A stretch of 64,000 nucleotides of DNA, from the NCBI GenBank assembly GCA_040222015.1, contig JAVJWO010000040.1, positions 102,548-166,547 on the forward strand, in the 5' to 3' direction. Positions 50,519 to 62,800 of the stretch are shown in pieces (positions within the stretch are counted from its first letter, which is position 1; every line of letters begins with the position of its first letter). The notes below the pieces were generated by a model. That model was not told the origin of the DNA. It saw only the letters and a program-made list of their open reading frames with translations, and did no database searches. This DNA is from Coleofasciculus chthonoplastes F2-STO-03 (GTDB lineage: Bacteria > Cyanobacteriota > Cyanobacteriia > Cyanobacteriales > Coleofasciculaceae). Both the position numbers and the translations under genes were made by a program.

Positions 50519-51932
50519 CAGCCGCAGAATTGCAATACGCCGACTTGGGGGATGTGCGCCGCAAAAAAAGGCTCATACGTCTAGTGAGTGACTTGGCTGC
50601 CCAACCCTGCGCCAGCATACCCCAAGCATCGGGAAACTGGGCAGCAACCCAAGGGGCGTATGATTTTTGGAGTTCTCCTCATGTCAAAGCCTCCTCGATT
50701 GTTCAAGCTCACCAAACCATTACTCTCAATAGAATCAAAGCCGAAGCGGTCGTTATTGCGATTCAAGATACGACAGAACTCAATTTCACCCATCATCCCA
50801 GCAAGAAAGGTATGGGTTATCTAGACAATAGTAAATCATCGGGTTTAAAAGTGCATTCGGTCTTTTGTAGTAGCGCTTCCGGAATACCTTTAGGAGTCTT
50901 ACATCAACAAGTCTGGACAAGAGACCCTGCCTTTTTGGGTAAGAAACATCAACGACACAAAAAAGATATTCAAGATAAAGAATCTTATCGCTGGTTAACG
51001 GCACTGCAGGCGACTCAAACCCTAATCCCACCGGAAACAACCGTGGTAACAGTTGCTGACCGAGAAGCTGATATCTATGAGTTGTTGGCATTGCCCCGTC
51101 GCCCAAACAGTGAGTTGATCATTCGGGCTAACCACAATCGTTGTGTCAAGTCTACACAGCCCGAACCACAAGTGCAGCGCTTGCAGCAAGCCCGAAGAGA
51201 ACGTTACGCCAACGGGTCAACTTACCTTGGAATTGAGACGACATCCAGAGCGTCAAACTCGAATCGCCACTCTCACACTGCGGACTACCACCGTAGAATT
51301 ACAACCCCCCCATACTCATCCACAAGCTCAACACCTTCAACCTGTCTATATACAGGTGATTCAAGCACTTGAAGTTGACCCACCTCCGGGTGTGGAACCC
51401 GTTAATTGGTTACTCCTAACCACCTTAGTCATCACTTGCTTTGAGGATTTGGTGCAATGTTTACGTTGGTATTCTTATCGTTGGTTGATTGAACGTTATC
51501 ATTATGTTCTCAAGAGCGGTTGTCGCCTTGAACAACTTCAATTGGAAAGTGCCGATCGCATCCACCGTGCTTTGGCTACCTACACGATTGTCGCTTGGCG
51601 ATTATTATGGATCACCTATCTCGCCCGTTACCATCCCGATCTGCCTGCCGACACTATTTTAGAAACCCATGAGTGGCAGGGTCTTTATTGCACGATTCAT
51701 CATCACCCTCACCCCCCTGACTCCCCTCCCAATTTAAGAGATGCCGTGCGTTGGATCGCCCAACTCGGCGGGTTCTTAGCCCGTTCTCATGATGGCGAAC
51801 CGGGGGTTAAAACTATTTGGCAAGGTCTGCGACGACTGCATGACATTGCCCAGAAAGAGGCTTTTACTTTCCCCCAAAACTACTGCTAAAGTCAAGGAAA
51901 TTTATGTTAAGAAAGATGTGAGTAATGCATAG
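50515..51932 (+). mobile_element. IS4-family (IS50/Tn5-like) element; transposase frameshifted near 51195, left end missing
   Basis: LGD.RR..RL, IQDTTEL, KESYRW, VADREADIYE, YSYRWLIERYHYVLKSGC, IAQLGGFL..PGVKTIWQG; putative right end AGATGTGAGTAATGCATAG. Confidence 0.92.
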
Positions 51933-51941
51933 CTACAAGAT

Positions 51942-52013
51942 GGGGGAGGACAGAGGATGCGAGAGCTTTTGTTGCACGGGGGAGGACAGAGGATGCGAGA
52001 GCTTTTGTTGCAC
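51942..52013. repeat. 36-bp tandem duplication followed by a MITE-like palindromic segment
   Basis: GGGGGAGGACAGAGGATGCGAGAGCTTTTGTTGCAC twice. Confidence 0.85.
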
Positions 52014-52179
52014 CGAAGGGGGAGAATTCAAAGCCTCTCTCCTTGAAGGAGAGAGGTTTGCAGAGAGGTTTTCCAGATCCCGTGAAAAGTAAGCTCCCAT
52101 CTCCCTCATCTTCCTCATCTCCCTCATCCTCCCCTGCACCCCCTCTCTAACCCCAAGAAAAAATTTTTTCGGCATGGGC

Positions 52180-52208
52180 TTGACAAATCCATAGATCTTC
52201 GTAACAAT
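52180..52208 (+). promoter_or_regulatory. Sigma70-type promoter for tRNA-Asp
   Basis: TTGACA-17 nt-AACAAT about 20 nt upstream of the tRNA. Confidence 0.6.
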
Positions 52209-52227
52209 GGTATTCGGCTCCGAAATT

Positions 52228-52301
52228 GGGACTGTAGTTCAATTGGTTAGAGCACCGCCCTGTCACGGCGGAAGTTGCGGGTTCGAGCCCCGTCAGTCCC
52301 G
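52228..52301 (+). tRNA. trnD: tRNA-Asp (GTC)
   Basis: GGGACTG acceptor pairs with CAGTCCC; D-arm AGTTCAATTGGTTAGAGC; anticodon loop CTGTCAC; GGTTCGAG T-loop; CCA not encoded. Confidence 0.97.
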
Positions 52302-53016
52302 TAAAACACATAAATATTTAGGTCTAGTTGACACACATCTAGTTGACACACAAAGCAATGCTTACTCGCTTAGCCGTCACGGGATGAGTTCTATTCACAC
52401 TAAATCCAATGGCATTATTGCTCGCCTCAACTCCTCTACTGACAACATCGAGACTTCTAGCTGAATTACGATGTTTCAACAATATAATTTTCAATAAATT
52501 ATAGGAGGCTAAAGGTGTCATGTTGCCATTCACGGGTTATGACTCAAGCACTTACCAAATTTTCCATGAATATCTTCAACGGTATTTTTCGGGTGCATTA
52601 CCTATGGAAGATTACATGAAAAAAACTTTCCATTATTGTATAGTATTATTGGGTACTTAACAACTATTTTGTTTCGCTAACCCCATCTAAATCAAAGATT
52701 CTAGATAGGGACTGCGCTCAACTTTCGTTCAAATTCATGGTCTTATGGATACGAACTGGATCTATCCTCATAATTTTTATGTGGTGGGTGCAGATTTACC
52801 AGGAGGCAAAAAAGTTATTGAAGTGGTTTGAAAAAGAAATTCGGGGATGGGTGAGGGAGTGTTTAGCACCTGATAATTAGCAAAGGTGGGTGATTATCCC
52901 TACTTTATCCGTGGATAAATCACCCTCAAGTCAGCGCCAACGAAAACTTAGCGCCGCTCTACGCTACAATAAATAGCTGGAAAGTACTTAGCCAACCCTA
53001 ACCAGAGATTGATCTT

Positions 53017-54468
53017 GTGACTGTTAGAGTCCGCATTGCACCGTCTCCCACCGGAAACTTCCACATCGGTACCGCCAGAACCGCCGTATTTAACTGGCTA
53101 TTCGCCCGACACCACGGGGGTCAGTTTATTCTACGCATCGAAGACACCGACCAGACGCGATCGCGTCCCGAATATACCCAAAATATCTTAGAGGGTCTAA
53201 CCTGGTTAGGACTCAATTGGGATGAAGGACCGGTTTTTCAATCGAAACGGTTTGACCTGTATCACCACACCATTCAAACCCTTTTAGATAACGGGTTAGC
53301 CTACTACTGTTACACCACAGAAGCGGAACTAAAAGCACTCCGAGACGCCCAAAAAGCCCGAAAAGAAGCCCCTCGCTACGATAACCGTCATCGCAATCTT
53401 ACCCCAGAGCAACGCACCGCCTTTGAAGCGGAGGGACGACAGCCGGTGATTCGGTTTAAGATTGACGATAATCGCGAGATTGTCTGGAATGACCTGGTGC
53501 GCGGTAAACTCACCTGGAAAGGGAGTGATTTAGGGGGGGATATGGTAATTGCCCGAGCTGCATCCCAAGGTGAAATTGGTCAGCCTCTCTATAATTTAGC
53601 GGTAGTGGTTGATGATATGGATATGAAAATTACCCATGTTATTCGAGGGGAAGACCACATTGCCAATACTGCAAAACAGATATTACTGTATGAAGCCCTC
53701 GGCGCAACCGTACCCGAATTTGCTCACACGCCTTTGATTCTGAATCCCCAGGGGCAAAAACTGTCTAAACGCGATGGCGTGACCTCGATTTCTGAGTTTC
53801 AGAATATGGGGTTTGTCCCAGAAGCCATGGCAAATTATATGACGCTATTGGGTTGGTCACCACCGGATTCAACCCAGGAAATTTTTACTCTAGACGAAGC
53901 CGCCCAAGCATTCAGTTTTGATCGGGTGAATAAAGCGGGAGCAAAGTTTGACTGGGATAAACTGGATTGGCTGAATAGTCAATATCTGCACAAAAAATCA
54001 CCATCAGAATTAGTCGAGTTACTGATTCCCTATTGGCAAGAAGCTGGGTATAAAATTGACCCGGAAAATAATCGCCCTTGGTTAGAACGATTAGCGGCTG
54101 TGATTGGTCCGAGTCTGACACGTTTACCGGATGCGGTGGAGATGACGCGGCTGTTCTTTACCGACTCGGTTGAGTTGACCCCAGAGGCAATTGAGCAACT
54201 TAAAAAAGAAGGGGCTACAGATGTACTGAACGCGGTTTTGGAAGCATTAGACAATACGCCGGAATTCAGTGCAGAAACCGCAGGGCAAATCATCAAACAG
54301 GTAACAAAACAGCAAAAAGTTAAGAAAGGTTTAGTCATGCGATCGCTGCGGGCTGGACTTACGGGTGATGTCCATGGTCCTGATTTAATGGAGTCTTGGG
54401 TATTGCTGCATCAGAAAGGACAAGATAAATCGCGTTTACAGCAAGCTTTGAGTAAGGTGTCATCGTAA
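53017..54468 (+). CDS. gltX: Glutamate--tRNA ligase
   Basis: [12 protein letters not shown] (HIGH), LRIEDTD, IRGEDH, KLSKR (KMSKS). Confidence 0.97.
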   Translation: MTVRVRIAPSPTGNFHIGTARTAVFNWLFARHHGGQFILRIEDTDQTRSRPEYTQNILEGLTWLGLNWDEGPVFQSKRFDLYHHTIQTLLDNGLAYYCYTTEAELKALRDAQKARKEAPRYDNRHRNLTPEQRTAFEAEGRQPVIRFKIDDNREIVWNDLVRGKLTWKGSDLGGDMVIARAASQGEIGQPLYNLAVVVDDMDMKITHVIRGEDHIANTAKQILLYEALGATVPEFAHTPLILNPQGQKLSKRDGVTSISEFQNMGFVPEAMANYMTLLGWSPPDSTQEIFTLDEAAQAFSFDRVNKAGAKFDWDKLDWLNSQYLHKKSPSELVELLIPYWQEAGYKIDPENNRPWLERLAAVIGPSLTRLPDAVEMTRLFFTDSVELTPEAIEQLKKEGATDVLNAVLEALDNTPEFSAETAGQIIKQVTKQQKVKKGLVMRSLRAGLTGDVHGPDLMESWVLLHQKGQDKSRLQQALSKVSS

Positions 54469-54902
54469 GCTGTTTGGTATTTAAATCTTAATGTCAATAA
54501 TGGTGAATTGTAGTGTGAGCATCTTGCTCACTATCTATACCCAATAAACATTTGGGAATCTTCAAAACTCTTAATATCCCGTAGGGTGGGCATTGCCCAC
54601 CCTACTAGGCTGGCAAGCTTAAAGTTGTGGGTAAAATTTTTCTGGATAGCTACTCTCATAAGGGTTTGGCGAAAATACTTGACCACTGTTTTAACCTTGC
54701 CAAGCTACTACGGTATATCGAGTTTCGGCGATCTCAAAATGCTGATTTGAGTACCATTCCTTTTGGGATAAAGAGCGGGTTTTCGTGGAACGGTTATCGG
54801 TAGATAGGCAAAATTAAACGGCTTGCACCCACCTCTATAACTCTGCTTTCAGACACGCCCTGATTGCTTGTACAGTATCAGAGGTAGCCAAAAACTCTGT
54901 CC

Positions 54903-56450
54903 ATGTTTAATTCCCTTTTCTCGTTCAAACCCAATCAACGTTCCTATCGCTCTAGGTTTAACCCCACACAACTGCTGATGCTGTTGCTGTTGTTACTTGA
55001 AGCGCAATTCGTCACCCAACCCACTCCAGTCACGGCTCAAACGGATGCGCCGACAACGGTTGAACCCTCCCCGGATACGACGCCGACAATTTGTCCGGCT
55101 GATCTTAAAGCCTCCATCGACGCGATCGCAACTCGTCCCGAATTTAATTATGCCCGTTGGGGTATCTTGATCCAACCCCTATTCTCAGATACACCCCTAT
55201 ATAGTCGTGAACGCGATCGCTATTTTATCCCCGCCTCTAATCTCAAATTATTCACCACAGCCGCCGCTTTATCCCAACTCGGTGCTAATTTTCGCATTCG
55301 CACTTCTGTTTATGGCACCCCTTCAAATGGAACGATCACCCAATTACGAGTCATTGGGCGAGGTGATCCTAGCTTAAATACGGATCAGTTAAAAGACTTA
55401 GCCCAACAGCTTCGGCGTCAGGGGATTCGGCGGGTGGATCAACTGATTGTCGAAGATCGTTATTTTAGTGAACCCACGGTTAACCCAACCTGGGAATGGT
55501 CAGATATTCAATTTTATTATGGGACTGCTGTCAATAGTTTAATTCTCAATGAAAATGCGGTATTACTAACCTTAACTCCTCAAAAAGTCGGACAACCCCT
55601 CAACGTTACTTGGGCTGATCCCATTGCGGAAAAACAATGGCAGATTGAAAATGAAACCGTTACCGCTGAAGCCGAATCACCAGAATCGATTAACATTTCT
55701 GGGGTGCTGGGTAAACCGTCATTGCGAATTCGGGGTCAATTAGCGACGGATGCAGGATTATGGTTAACAGCGGTGGCAATTCCTGATCCGGCTGACTATT
55801 TTCTCCAGCATTTCCGTCGGGCGTTAGCGGATGCTGGAATTCAGGTGGAACAAGCGTTGGTTACAACTAATTCTAATTCACAGGAGGAAATTGAATTAGC
55901 GGCGGTAGACTCTCCTCCCCTGAGTGAATTGATTACTCAAACCAATCAGCAAAGCAATAATCTTTATGCAGAAGCCTTATTGCGATCGCTGGGTGTGACT
56001 GAAAAAGAAGCGGGTGAGTCAACTGCTACGGCTGGATTACAACAAGTCAAAGCTAGTTTAACCGAATTAGGGGTTGAACCAAAAGCCTATATCCTTGCCG
56101 ATGGTTCTGGGTTATCTCGCCACAATCTAGTGAGTCCCACGGCTATTGTACAAACCCTACAGGCGATCGCACGAACTCCGATGGCACAATCCTATCGAAA
56201 CTCCTTAGCGGTGGCTGGGATAGAAGGAACACTACGACAGCGCTTTCAGAATAGCCCAGCCCAAGGTCGAGTGTATGCTAAAACGGGAACCATGACGGGC
56301 GTGTCAGCCCTTTCTGGTTATGTGGAGGTTCCCGATTATCAGCCGTTGGTGTTTAGTATTATGGTGAATCAATCCAACCAATCAGTGAGTACCATCCGTG
56401 AGGCTATTGATGAAATTGTGGTTTTGCTTTCGCGGTTGCGTTCTTGTTAA
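54903..56450 (+). CDS. dacB: D-Ala-D-Ala carboxypeptidase/endopeptidase (PBP4, S13)
   Basis: PASNLK (SxxK), SNN, DGSGLSR, AKTGT. Confidence 0.93.
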   Translation: MFNSLFSFKPNQRSYRSRFNPTQLLMLLLLLLEAQFVTQPTPVTAQTDAPTTVEPSPDTTPTICPADLKASIDAIATRPEFNYARWGILIQPLFSDTPLYSRERDRYFIPASNLKLFTTAAALSQLGANFRIRTSVYGTPSNGTITQLRVIGRGDPSLNTDQLKDLAQQLRRQGIRRVDQLIVEDRYFSEPTVNPTWEWSDIQFYYGTAVNSLILNENAVLLTLTPQKVGQPLNVTWADPIAEKQWQIENETVTAEAESPESINISGVLGKPSLRIRGQLATDAGLWLTAVAIPDPADYFLQHFRRALADAGIQVEQALVTTNSNSQEEIELAAVDSPPLSELITQTNQQSNNLYAEALLRSLGVTEKEAGESTATAGLQQVKASLTELGVEPKAYILADGSGLSRHNLVSPTAIVQTLQAIARTPMAQSYRNSLAVAGIEGTLRQRFQNSPAQGRVYAKTGTMTGVSALSGYVEVPDYQPLVFSIMVNQSNQSVSTIREAIDEIVVLLSRLRSC

Positions 56451-56662
56451 AAGAGGGAAGAGGGAAGAGGGAACAGGGAACAGGGAACACCTCGGCTTCG
56501 CTCGGTGTGTAACAGGGAACAGGGGATTCTAGTGTTATTGAAAACAATACCAAATCTGGGGAACGCTACCGCCGTTATAACCCAGTCCGCGTAGGCGGAC
56601 TTTGTTTGTGTAGCAGCGATTTTAATCGCCCTGGCAAAAGGGGGTTACTTTAGAATTTGGCT

Positions 56663-57328
56663 TTAGAATTTGGCTAATCGACTCGTGGCGTAAAGATCAT
56701 GATATTCGGTATAAAACTTGCCACTTCTAACTTCTCGACGTATAGGTTGACCCGTCCAAATTTCCACAGATATCCAATCGCCGCTTTGTTTAAGTTGAAA
56801 ACCGTCTTCACCTGGAATCAGGTCATCAAAAATAATTGACCAGTGGGGCGGTGAAATTTCCCAGGCTTGAGGCGGAATAATGCCCTCTTGTTTGCGATTT
56901 CGATCATAAATGGGGATAATCGTTTGGGGATTGAACCCAACCCGAGTCACAATTGGATTAACACAGCGACCTTCACGAGTCACAAATTCCAGAACTGCAT
57001 CCCAGTCATAGATGGGTTGACAGTCTCCGACTCCAAACTCATCTTCTGGCACACAGATAGCGCCCATTAACCACGTTAACTTGGATAGAATCCGATTGAC
57101 ACGCGAGCGATCGCACTCTAGCAGATTAAGTTCTACAGGGCTAAACTCGCGTAGTCTAGGCGTCCACTTGGGTGTCCATAATTCAAATGATAAGGTTGGA
57201 TCGATAGGGACACGGGTCAGAGTCAAGTTGGGAGTGGCTTGTCGGGGTGGCAACGCTTGGAGAAATTCTGACTGAATAAACTCTGACATCCCTCGGCTTT
57301 GTACGCTAAACATAGCAGTTTGTAACAT
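56663..57328 (-). CDS. Hypothetical protein
   Basis: 221-aa ORF with ATG start; no recognised motif. Confidence 0.55.
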   Translation of the reverse strand: MLQTAMFSVQSRGMSEFIQSEFLQALPPRQATPNLTLTRVPIDPTLSFELWTPKWTPRLREFSPVELNLLECDRSRVNRILSKLTWLMGAICVPEDEFGVGDCQPIYDWDAVLEFVTREGRCVNPIVTRVGFNPQTIIPIYDRNRKQEGIIPPQAWEISPPHWSIIFDDLIPGEDGFQLKQSGDWISVEIWTGQPIRREVRSGKFYTEYHDLYATSRLAKF

Positions 57329-57664
57329 TGTCGTTTAGTTAAGAACCTCTTTATCGACTCAACAAAAAATAATAGAACTACCCTGATCAAGGTTACGCTT
57401 CAACCTGATCGTCCGTTACCCCTCTACAGAGTTAATTTGACCTTAATTCTTTATCAAAACTTTAATATCGAAGATTTGGCGATCACTCTAAGTGATCAAT
57501 CCTTAAAGGTATTAGTGATTCTTTTTGTTTAAAAATGTAATATAAATCACAGACAAGGGTCATGGGTCATTTTTTATAGCCCACATTCCGCACGTCAAGT
57601 TGTAGTATGCAAAGTAGTACAAAAATCCTGGGTAGCTTGGCAAACTTTTTACGTATAAATATTT

Positions 57665-57800
57665 AGGGCTTGCTGCACAAGCCTGAAACCCTTACAAATA
57701 AAGAGTTAGGGGATGATTAAATGTGCATCAGGTGCAAGGCGAAAGAAACCCATAAGCTGGAAATCCTGGCATTTTTCGAGGATGCTTAAGCAGAATCTTC
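57665..57800 (+). mobile_element. Probable IS5-family left-end remnant
   Basis: AGGGCTTGCTG... start and TGTGCATCAGGTGCAAG segment resemble cyanobacterial IS5 ends (from memory); no transposase follows. Confidence 0.45.
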
Positions 57801-58265
57801 CCCCATCAGGGGGTTGACCCTTCGGCTGCGCTCAGGGTCAACATTGAGCGAGGCTGACTCCTGCGTGGATGCCAACGTCATCTGATCCATGTCGGAAATA
57901 GTTTGACGCATATCGGAAACCATGGTGTTGTAGTCTTCCTTATGTACCAAATCTCTCTCTAAAAGAGTTTCCTTACGATCAGAGCGGTTCTGGGAAAGGG
58001 CGTTGATTAACCACCTTCCCACTGAAACAATCTCAGAGTTTTGGGGGTCAAGGAAAGACTTTAACTTATCATTTGCCTCTCGGGTTTTTTGGGCTTGACA
58101 GTACCTGTTGTAAGTATTGGCAGATTTTACCAGTTCCAACACGTCCAAGTGTTGAGCCGCTTGGCTAATTTGCTCATCAGTCATTTTCTTTTGTAAGGCA
58201 TATTGGGCAACCCCTGAAGCCCGACTGATCCGCTGAATTAACCGATTGCGTTCTTGTTTGTTCAT
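57786..58265 (-). CDS. Hypothetical coiled-coil protein, 3' end probably replaced by repeat/IS sequence
   Basis: Last ~18 codons come from a GTTGACCCT..AGGGTCAAC palindrome and the IS remnant. Confidence 0.6.
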   Translation of the reverse strand: MNKQERNRLIQRISRASGVAQYALQKKMTDEQISQAAQHLDVLELVKSANTYNRYCQAQKTREANDKLKSFLDPQNSEIVSVGRWLINALSQNRSDRKETLLERDLVHKEDYNTMVSDMRQTISDMDQMTLASTQESASLNVDPERSRRVNPLMGEDSA

Positions 58266-58294
58266 CTCCTGTACCCTGTAAATTGGTTATGGTT

Positions 58295-58493
58295 GTATAG
58301 CGCTACGCGCTAGGCTTTCTTGCAATAGGCAACACCTCGACTTACCTCGACTTACTTCGGCTTCGCTCAGTAACACGCTCGGTAACACGCTCGGTGTGTC
58401 ATAGGCAATAGTGAAGAAAAAAGCTTACCGTACAAGGGATTGAGCGATTTAAATTTTTCTTTTATGTCCTAACCTTAGTGCGTAGTGCTATAC
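58295..58493. mobile_element. MITE-like element with nested REP units
   Basis: Imperfect TIRs GTATAGCGCTACGCGCTAGG / CCTTAGTGCGTAGTGCTATAC; internal ACCTCGACTT and ACACGCTCGGT duplications. Confidence 0.7.
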
Positions 58494-58648
58494 TTTATGC
58501 TTCTTTCTCCAGTATTCCCTCTCTATCAGTAAAAAACTTAGCGATCGCCAAAATTTTACAAAAATTTTACTCAACCTTTATACTACGGTCACTTGAGGCG
58601 ATTTTGCTTACAGCAGATTTCGGGTTGATGATGTACAGTCTCTAAGCA

Positions 58649-58681
58649 AGATCCCCGACTTCTTCAAGAAGTCGGGGATCT
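58649..58681. repeat. Perfect 16-bp inverted repeat (REP/terminator-like)
   Basis: AGATCCCCGACTTCTT-C-AAGAAGTCGGGGATCT. Confidence 0.85.
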
Positions 58682-58773
58682 GTCTGTGTACCTCAGTTAT
58701 CAGTTTTTTTGTCAACGTTGAGCGGCAAAACCTAGCCCAGAAAGAATTTGGGGAAACTCTCTACCATCCTCTC

Positions 58774-59769
58774 CTAATAACCCGCCTCTTCCTCATATTC
58801 GGGGGTTTTAGTCTTTTCGGGAATATTAACAGGCGGTGCTTGATAGGGTTCGCGCTCTACATTATCTTCCCAAGCATCACCTTCTACCTCATAATCCGCG
58901 TACTCATCTTTGTGCGGCTGCTCATAAGGTTCAGGTTCTGCATAAAGGGGTTCTTCATACCGACGCGCTGATTGCGAGGAATCTTCCCATTCATCCCCCC
59001 AATTATCCTCTTCCAATTGAGCTTCGGCATAAATTGGCTCTGCCCGTTGTTGACGTATCGGTTCCGGTTCGGGTTCTTGCCAATCCTCATCCCACCGTTC
59101 CTCGACGGGTGTCGCCGTCTGGATGGGTTGAGAAATGGGGGTGCGAACGGGTATTCCTGTCCCCAATTGATTTTCCGGGCGGGTGGTGGGGGCGTAGTAG
59201 CCTTCCTCTTCTTCCCGTTCCCAAGGAGCATTGCCAATCCCCATCCGCTCTAAAATACCGACAGTGAGCTGAATCAGCCGTTCTTGAGCGCCTTCAAAGA
59301 CGATGAGACGATCCGGACCACTGCTGACTATTTCCTCAATCGGTAATTCATAAGTACTAATCACCTGATCAGGGATTTGGGGTAATCCCAACGAGGCAAT
59401 AATCAAAGACGCCACCTTGCCATCTTCTACGCTAAACTTGAACCCTCGAACCCGACCTAAGAGTTCACCGGTTTCGGTAATCACTTCGCTATTGATCAGC
59501 GTACTGTAGGCATCAACGTCAACATCCTCAACCACATCCTCATCCTCAACCAGGATGACATCACCCACTTGTTGAATGCTGCTGAGGAGCATATACTGTG
59601 GCATTCCAGCCAGCGAGAGCAGGTTGTCTCGTAACCCTAATGCCACAACTTCGCGCCGATCAATATCTACGAGCAGCTCCTTGACGACTCCGAGGCGCTT
59701 ACCGTTATTGCGAGTAATCACCTGAGTATTTAAAAAATCGGAGCGCTGACGAATTAGTTCAGTTGTCAT
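58774..59769 (-). CDS. PRC-barrel domain protein with acidic tail
   Basis: TQVITR..GKRLG.V and EVITETGELLGRV PRC repeats; lies directly downstream of smc. Confidence 0.88.
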   Translation of the reverse strand: MTTELIRQRSDFLNTQVITRNNGKRLGVVKELLVDIDRREVVALGLRDNLLSLAGMPQYMLLSSIQQVGDVILVEDEDVVEDVDVDAYSTLINSEVITETGELLGRVRGFKFSVEDGKVASLIIASLGLPQIPDQVISTYELPIEEIVSSGPDRLIVFEGAQERLIQLTVGILERMGIGNAPWEREEEEGYYAPTTRPENQLGTGIPVRTPISQPIQTATPVEERWDEDWQEPEPEPIRQQRAEPIYAEAQLEEDNWGDEWEDSSQSARRYEEPLYAEPEPYEQPHKDEYADYEVEGDAWEDNVEREPYQAPPVNIPEKTKTPEYEEEAGY

Positions 59770-59850
59770 TATGTCTTGCAATCCTGAATCTCGACTCCTG
59801 CTGGAATGGTTATCAATAGTATCAAGGCTAATAATCACATATAATCTACA

Positions 59851-62800
59851 TCAGTCCCGTTTGGCAGACCCTAATTTCAATCCTAAGACTTGAGTATACG
59901 CTCCTCTAGCTTGGGTAACACCAATAGTGCGCTCGGCAGATTCAATCATAGGTCGGCGCAAACTAACAACGATAAATTGGGCAAGTTTAGCCTGTTGTTT
60001 GATCATTCTAGCTAATCGCTCGACATTTGCCCCATCAAGAAACATGTCAACTTCATCAAAGGCATAGAATGGTGACGGTCGATACCGTTGTAGGGCGAAA
60101 ATAAAACTCAGGGCGGTGAGAGATTTTTCGCCGCCGGACATCGACGCCAATCGTTGCACCGGCTTGCCTTTGGGGTGAGCCACTAAGTTAAGTCCGCCAT
60201 TAAAGGGATCGTCGGCGTCATCCAGTTGGAGATGCCCGTCGCCCTCGGAGAGTTCGGCAAAAATGGTTTGGAAGTTTTGATTAATCGCTTCAAAGGATTC
60301 TTTGAAGGCTCTCAATCGTAGGGTGGTAAAGTTTTCAATTCGCAGCAATAGCTCAGTCCGCTCAGCTTCTAGGGTTGCCAGTTTTTCCGACAGTTCCTGG
60401 AGACGGGCTTGGGTGTGATCGTATTCTTCCAAGGCTAACATATTCACGGGTTCCATTGCCTCAAGTCGTTTTTGACCATTGCGGATATCCCGTTGCAGCT
60501 TCTCCAGTTGAACGGTGATTTGGGAAATTGTGTAGGGGCTCTTTTCACTACTATCGTTGTCTTGGCTCCTAGATGGTACTAAACCCGCCCCGTCTGAATC
60601 TTGATTAACTCCCTCATCTTCGCCATCTTCCCTATCTCCCGTCTCTACCATCAGGGGAACATCTGGCAACGGCTCAGGTAATTCAGCCTGTTGAATTTCA
60701 AGTTGAGTTTGCAGGGTAGCCAGTTTTTCCTGCCTTGTCACCTGGGTTTCCTGGAGCTTTTGCCGTTGCCAAGACAGCTTTTGCTGGTTGAGGTGCTGGT
60801 TTCTGAGGATAGCCTCGACGCGATCGCGTTCTTGTTTGGCTTCCCCTAACCGCTCCTCTAGCTGGGTTAATCGGGCTTGGGTTTGTTCAATTTGCACGTC
60901 AATTGCCTCAAGCTGACGATTAATCTCGGCTTGCTGTTCTTGGATTGATTGGTGTTGGGTTTGATATTCGGCAATCCGTTGATAACTTGTCGCCAGTTGC
61001 TCGTTGGTGCGCTGCTGCTGATTCTCTAAGGCTTGGAGCTGTCTTTCCGCCTCTCGCAATGCCTGCTCGCGATCGCCTAATATGGTTTCCTGGGTTTTAA
61101 TTTGACTCTGAATCTGTTGCCATTCCTGGGGGGTTTGCTCGGCTTCCAGTTGAGCTAGTTGTTGGCGTAAGGCTTGCAGTTGGTATTCTTGGGCGGGAAG
61201 ATCCTGATTTAACTGCTGCAACCGTTCCCCCGCCGTCTGGACTTCCTGGGTATTTTTGGCAAGGAGCGATCGCACTTGGGTTTGTTGTTCTGTTAGCGCC
61301 TGGATGTCTTTGCGGGATTGTTCTAAGCGTAATTGGGTCTGGGAGCGGGTTTCCCTGGCATCTGTCAAAGTTTGCGTCAGATTTTTAGCCGTGGCTGATT
61401 CCCGTTCCAGCCATTCGTCACAGCGCTTGAGCATGGCTTCAATATCTTGGAGACGAGATCTCAACGCCATCATCTCTGCTGATTCACTGGTATCACTGAT
61501 ACCAAAATGTAATCCAGACCGATAACTACTACTTCCTCCCGTCATCGCCCCACTACTTTCCAGGAGTTCTCCGTCCAATGTAACAATCCGGCATTGACCC
61601 AAATAGGGACGCGCTTTACTCAGGGTTTCAAACACCACCGTCGAGCCAAACACATAAGCAAAAATTGTTTGGTATCGAGGTTCACAATCGATTAAATGCA
61701 CCGCGTAGTCAATAAATCCCTGAGCATGACGCAGTGCCACAATGGGGGAGAATCGCGGCGGTTTAATTTTATTTAAGGGTAAGAATGTAGCACGACCGGC
61801 GCGTTTTTGTTTGAGCAGTTCGATCCCCACCGCCGCCACGGCATCATCTTCGACCACGACATGACCCAAACGCCCACCTGCTGCGGTTTCCAAGGCAAGT
61901 TGGTAATCGGGTTCGACTCGACCCAGTTGGGCAACCAAGCCATGAACGCCGGGGATATCCGCCTGAAGAACAATTTTAGTGGCATAAGTGCCTTGGGCTT
62001 CTTGCTGTGCCTGTGCCTGGGCTTCTAGCTTATCCAATTGACGCTGTTTGTCTCGCTGTTCAGACAGGAGGCGGGTTTGGGTTTGCCGTTGAGTTTGTAA
62101 GTCTTGTTCTGCGGCGGCTAGGGTTTGGGCGAGGGTCTGAATTTTCTGCGATACGGCGTTTAATTGCCCTTCTAATTCTGCCGCTTGTGTCTGTTTGCTG
62201 GCAAGTTCGGGGGCGATGCGTTCTAATAGCTGGGCTTGTTCGTCAATTTGGCGGCTAAGTTGGTTATGACGTTCTTGGAGTTGGGCTTGTTCAGTGCGCT
62301 GGGGATTCAGGGTTTGCAGCCGAGTTTCAATTTGGCGGGTGAGGGTGTTTTGTTGCTGTACCCAGGCTTCTGAAGCCGAGGCGATCGCATCGGCTTGTTC
62401 TCGGCTGGCGTTCAGGGCGGTTTGAGCCGCCTCCCGTTCTTGGCGGCGTGAGGCGATAATTTGGGTGTCGAGATGGTGGCGTTCAGCCTGAAGCTGTTGC
62501 AGGCGTTGTTCTTGGTGCTGAATCTCGTCCTGGGTGGTTTGTTGGTGCGCCTCTGTATCCGCCAGGTTTTGGATCAGTTCTTGTTGGCGTCGTTGTAACT
62601 GGCGGCGTTCGGCGTCAAGGCTGGCTAGGTTTGCAGATACCGTGACTTGTTCTTCTTCGCCTAAGGCTTTGACACGGGCGTTGAGGGTTTCGAGTTGTTC
62701 CGTTCCTTGACTAATTTCGGATTCTATGGTATGCAATTGCTGGCTTAACTGGCGTTCATCTTGTTCTCCTTTCTCCATCAGAGACCTCAGATGAGCCACC

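Noticed and set aside
51143..51372. IS4 overlap as a programmed frameshift
   Set aside because: IS50-like transposases are single ORFs, no slippery A-run is evident and the left end is lost; more likely inactivation.
52207..52464. 85-aa ORF
   Set aside because: Overlaps tRNA-Asp.
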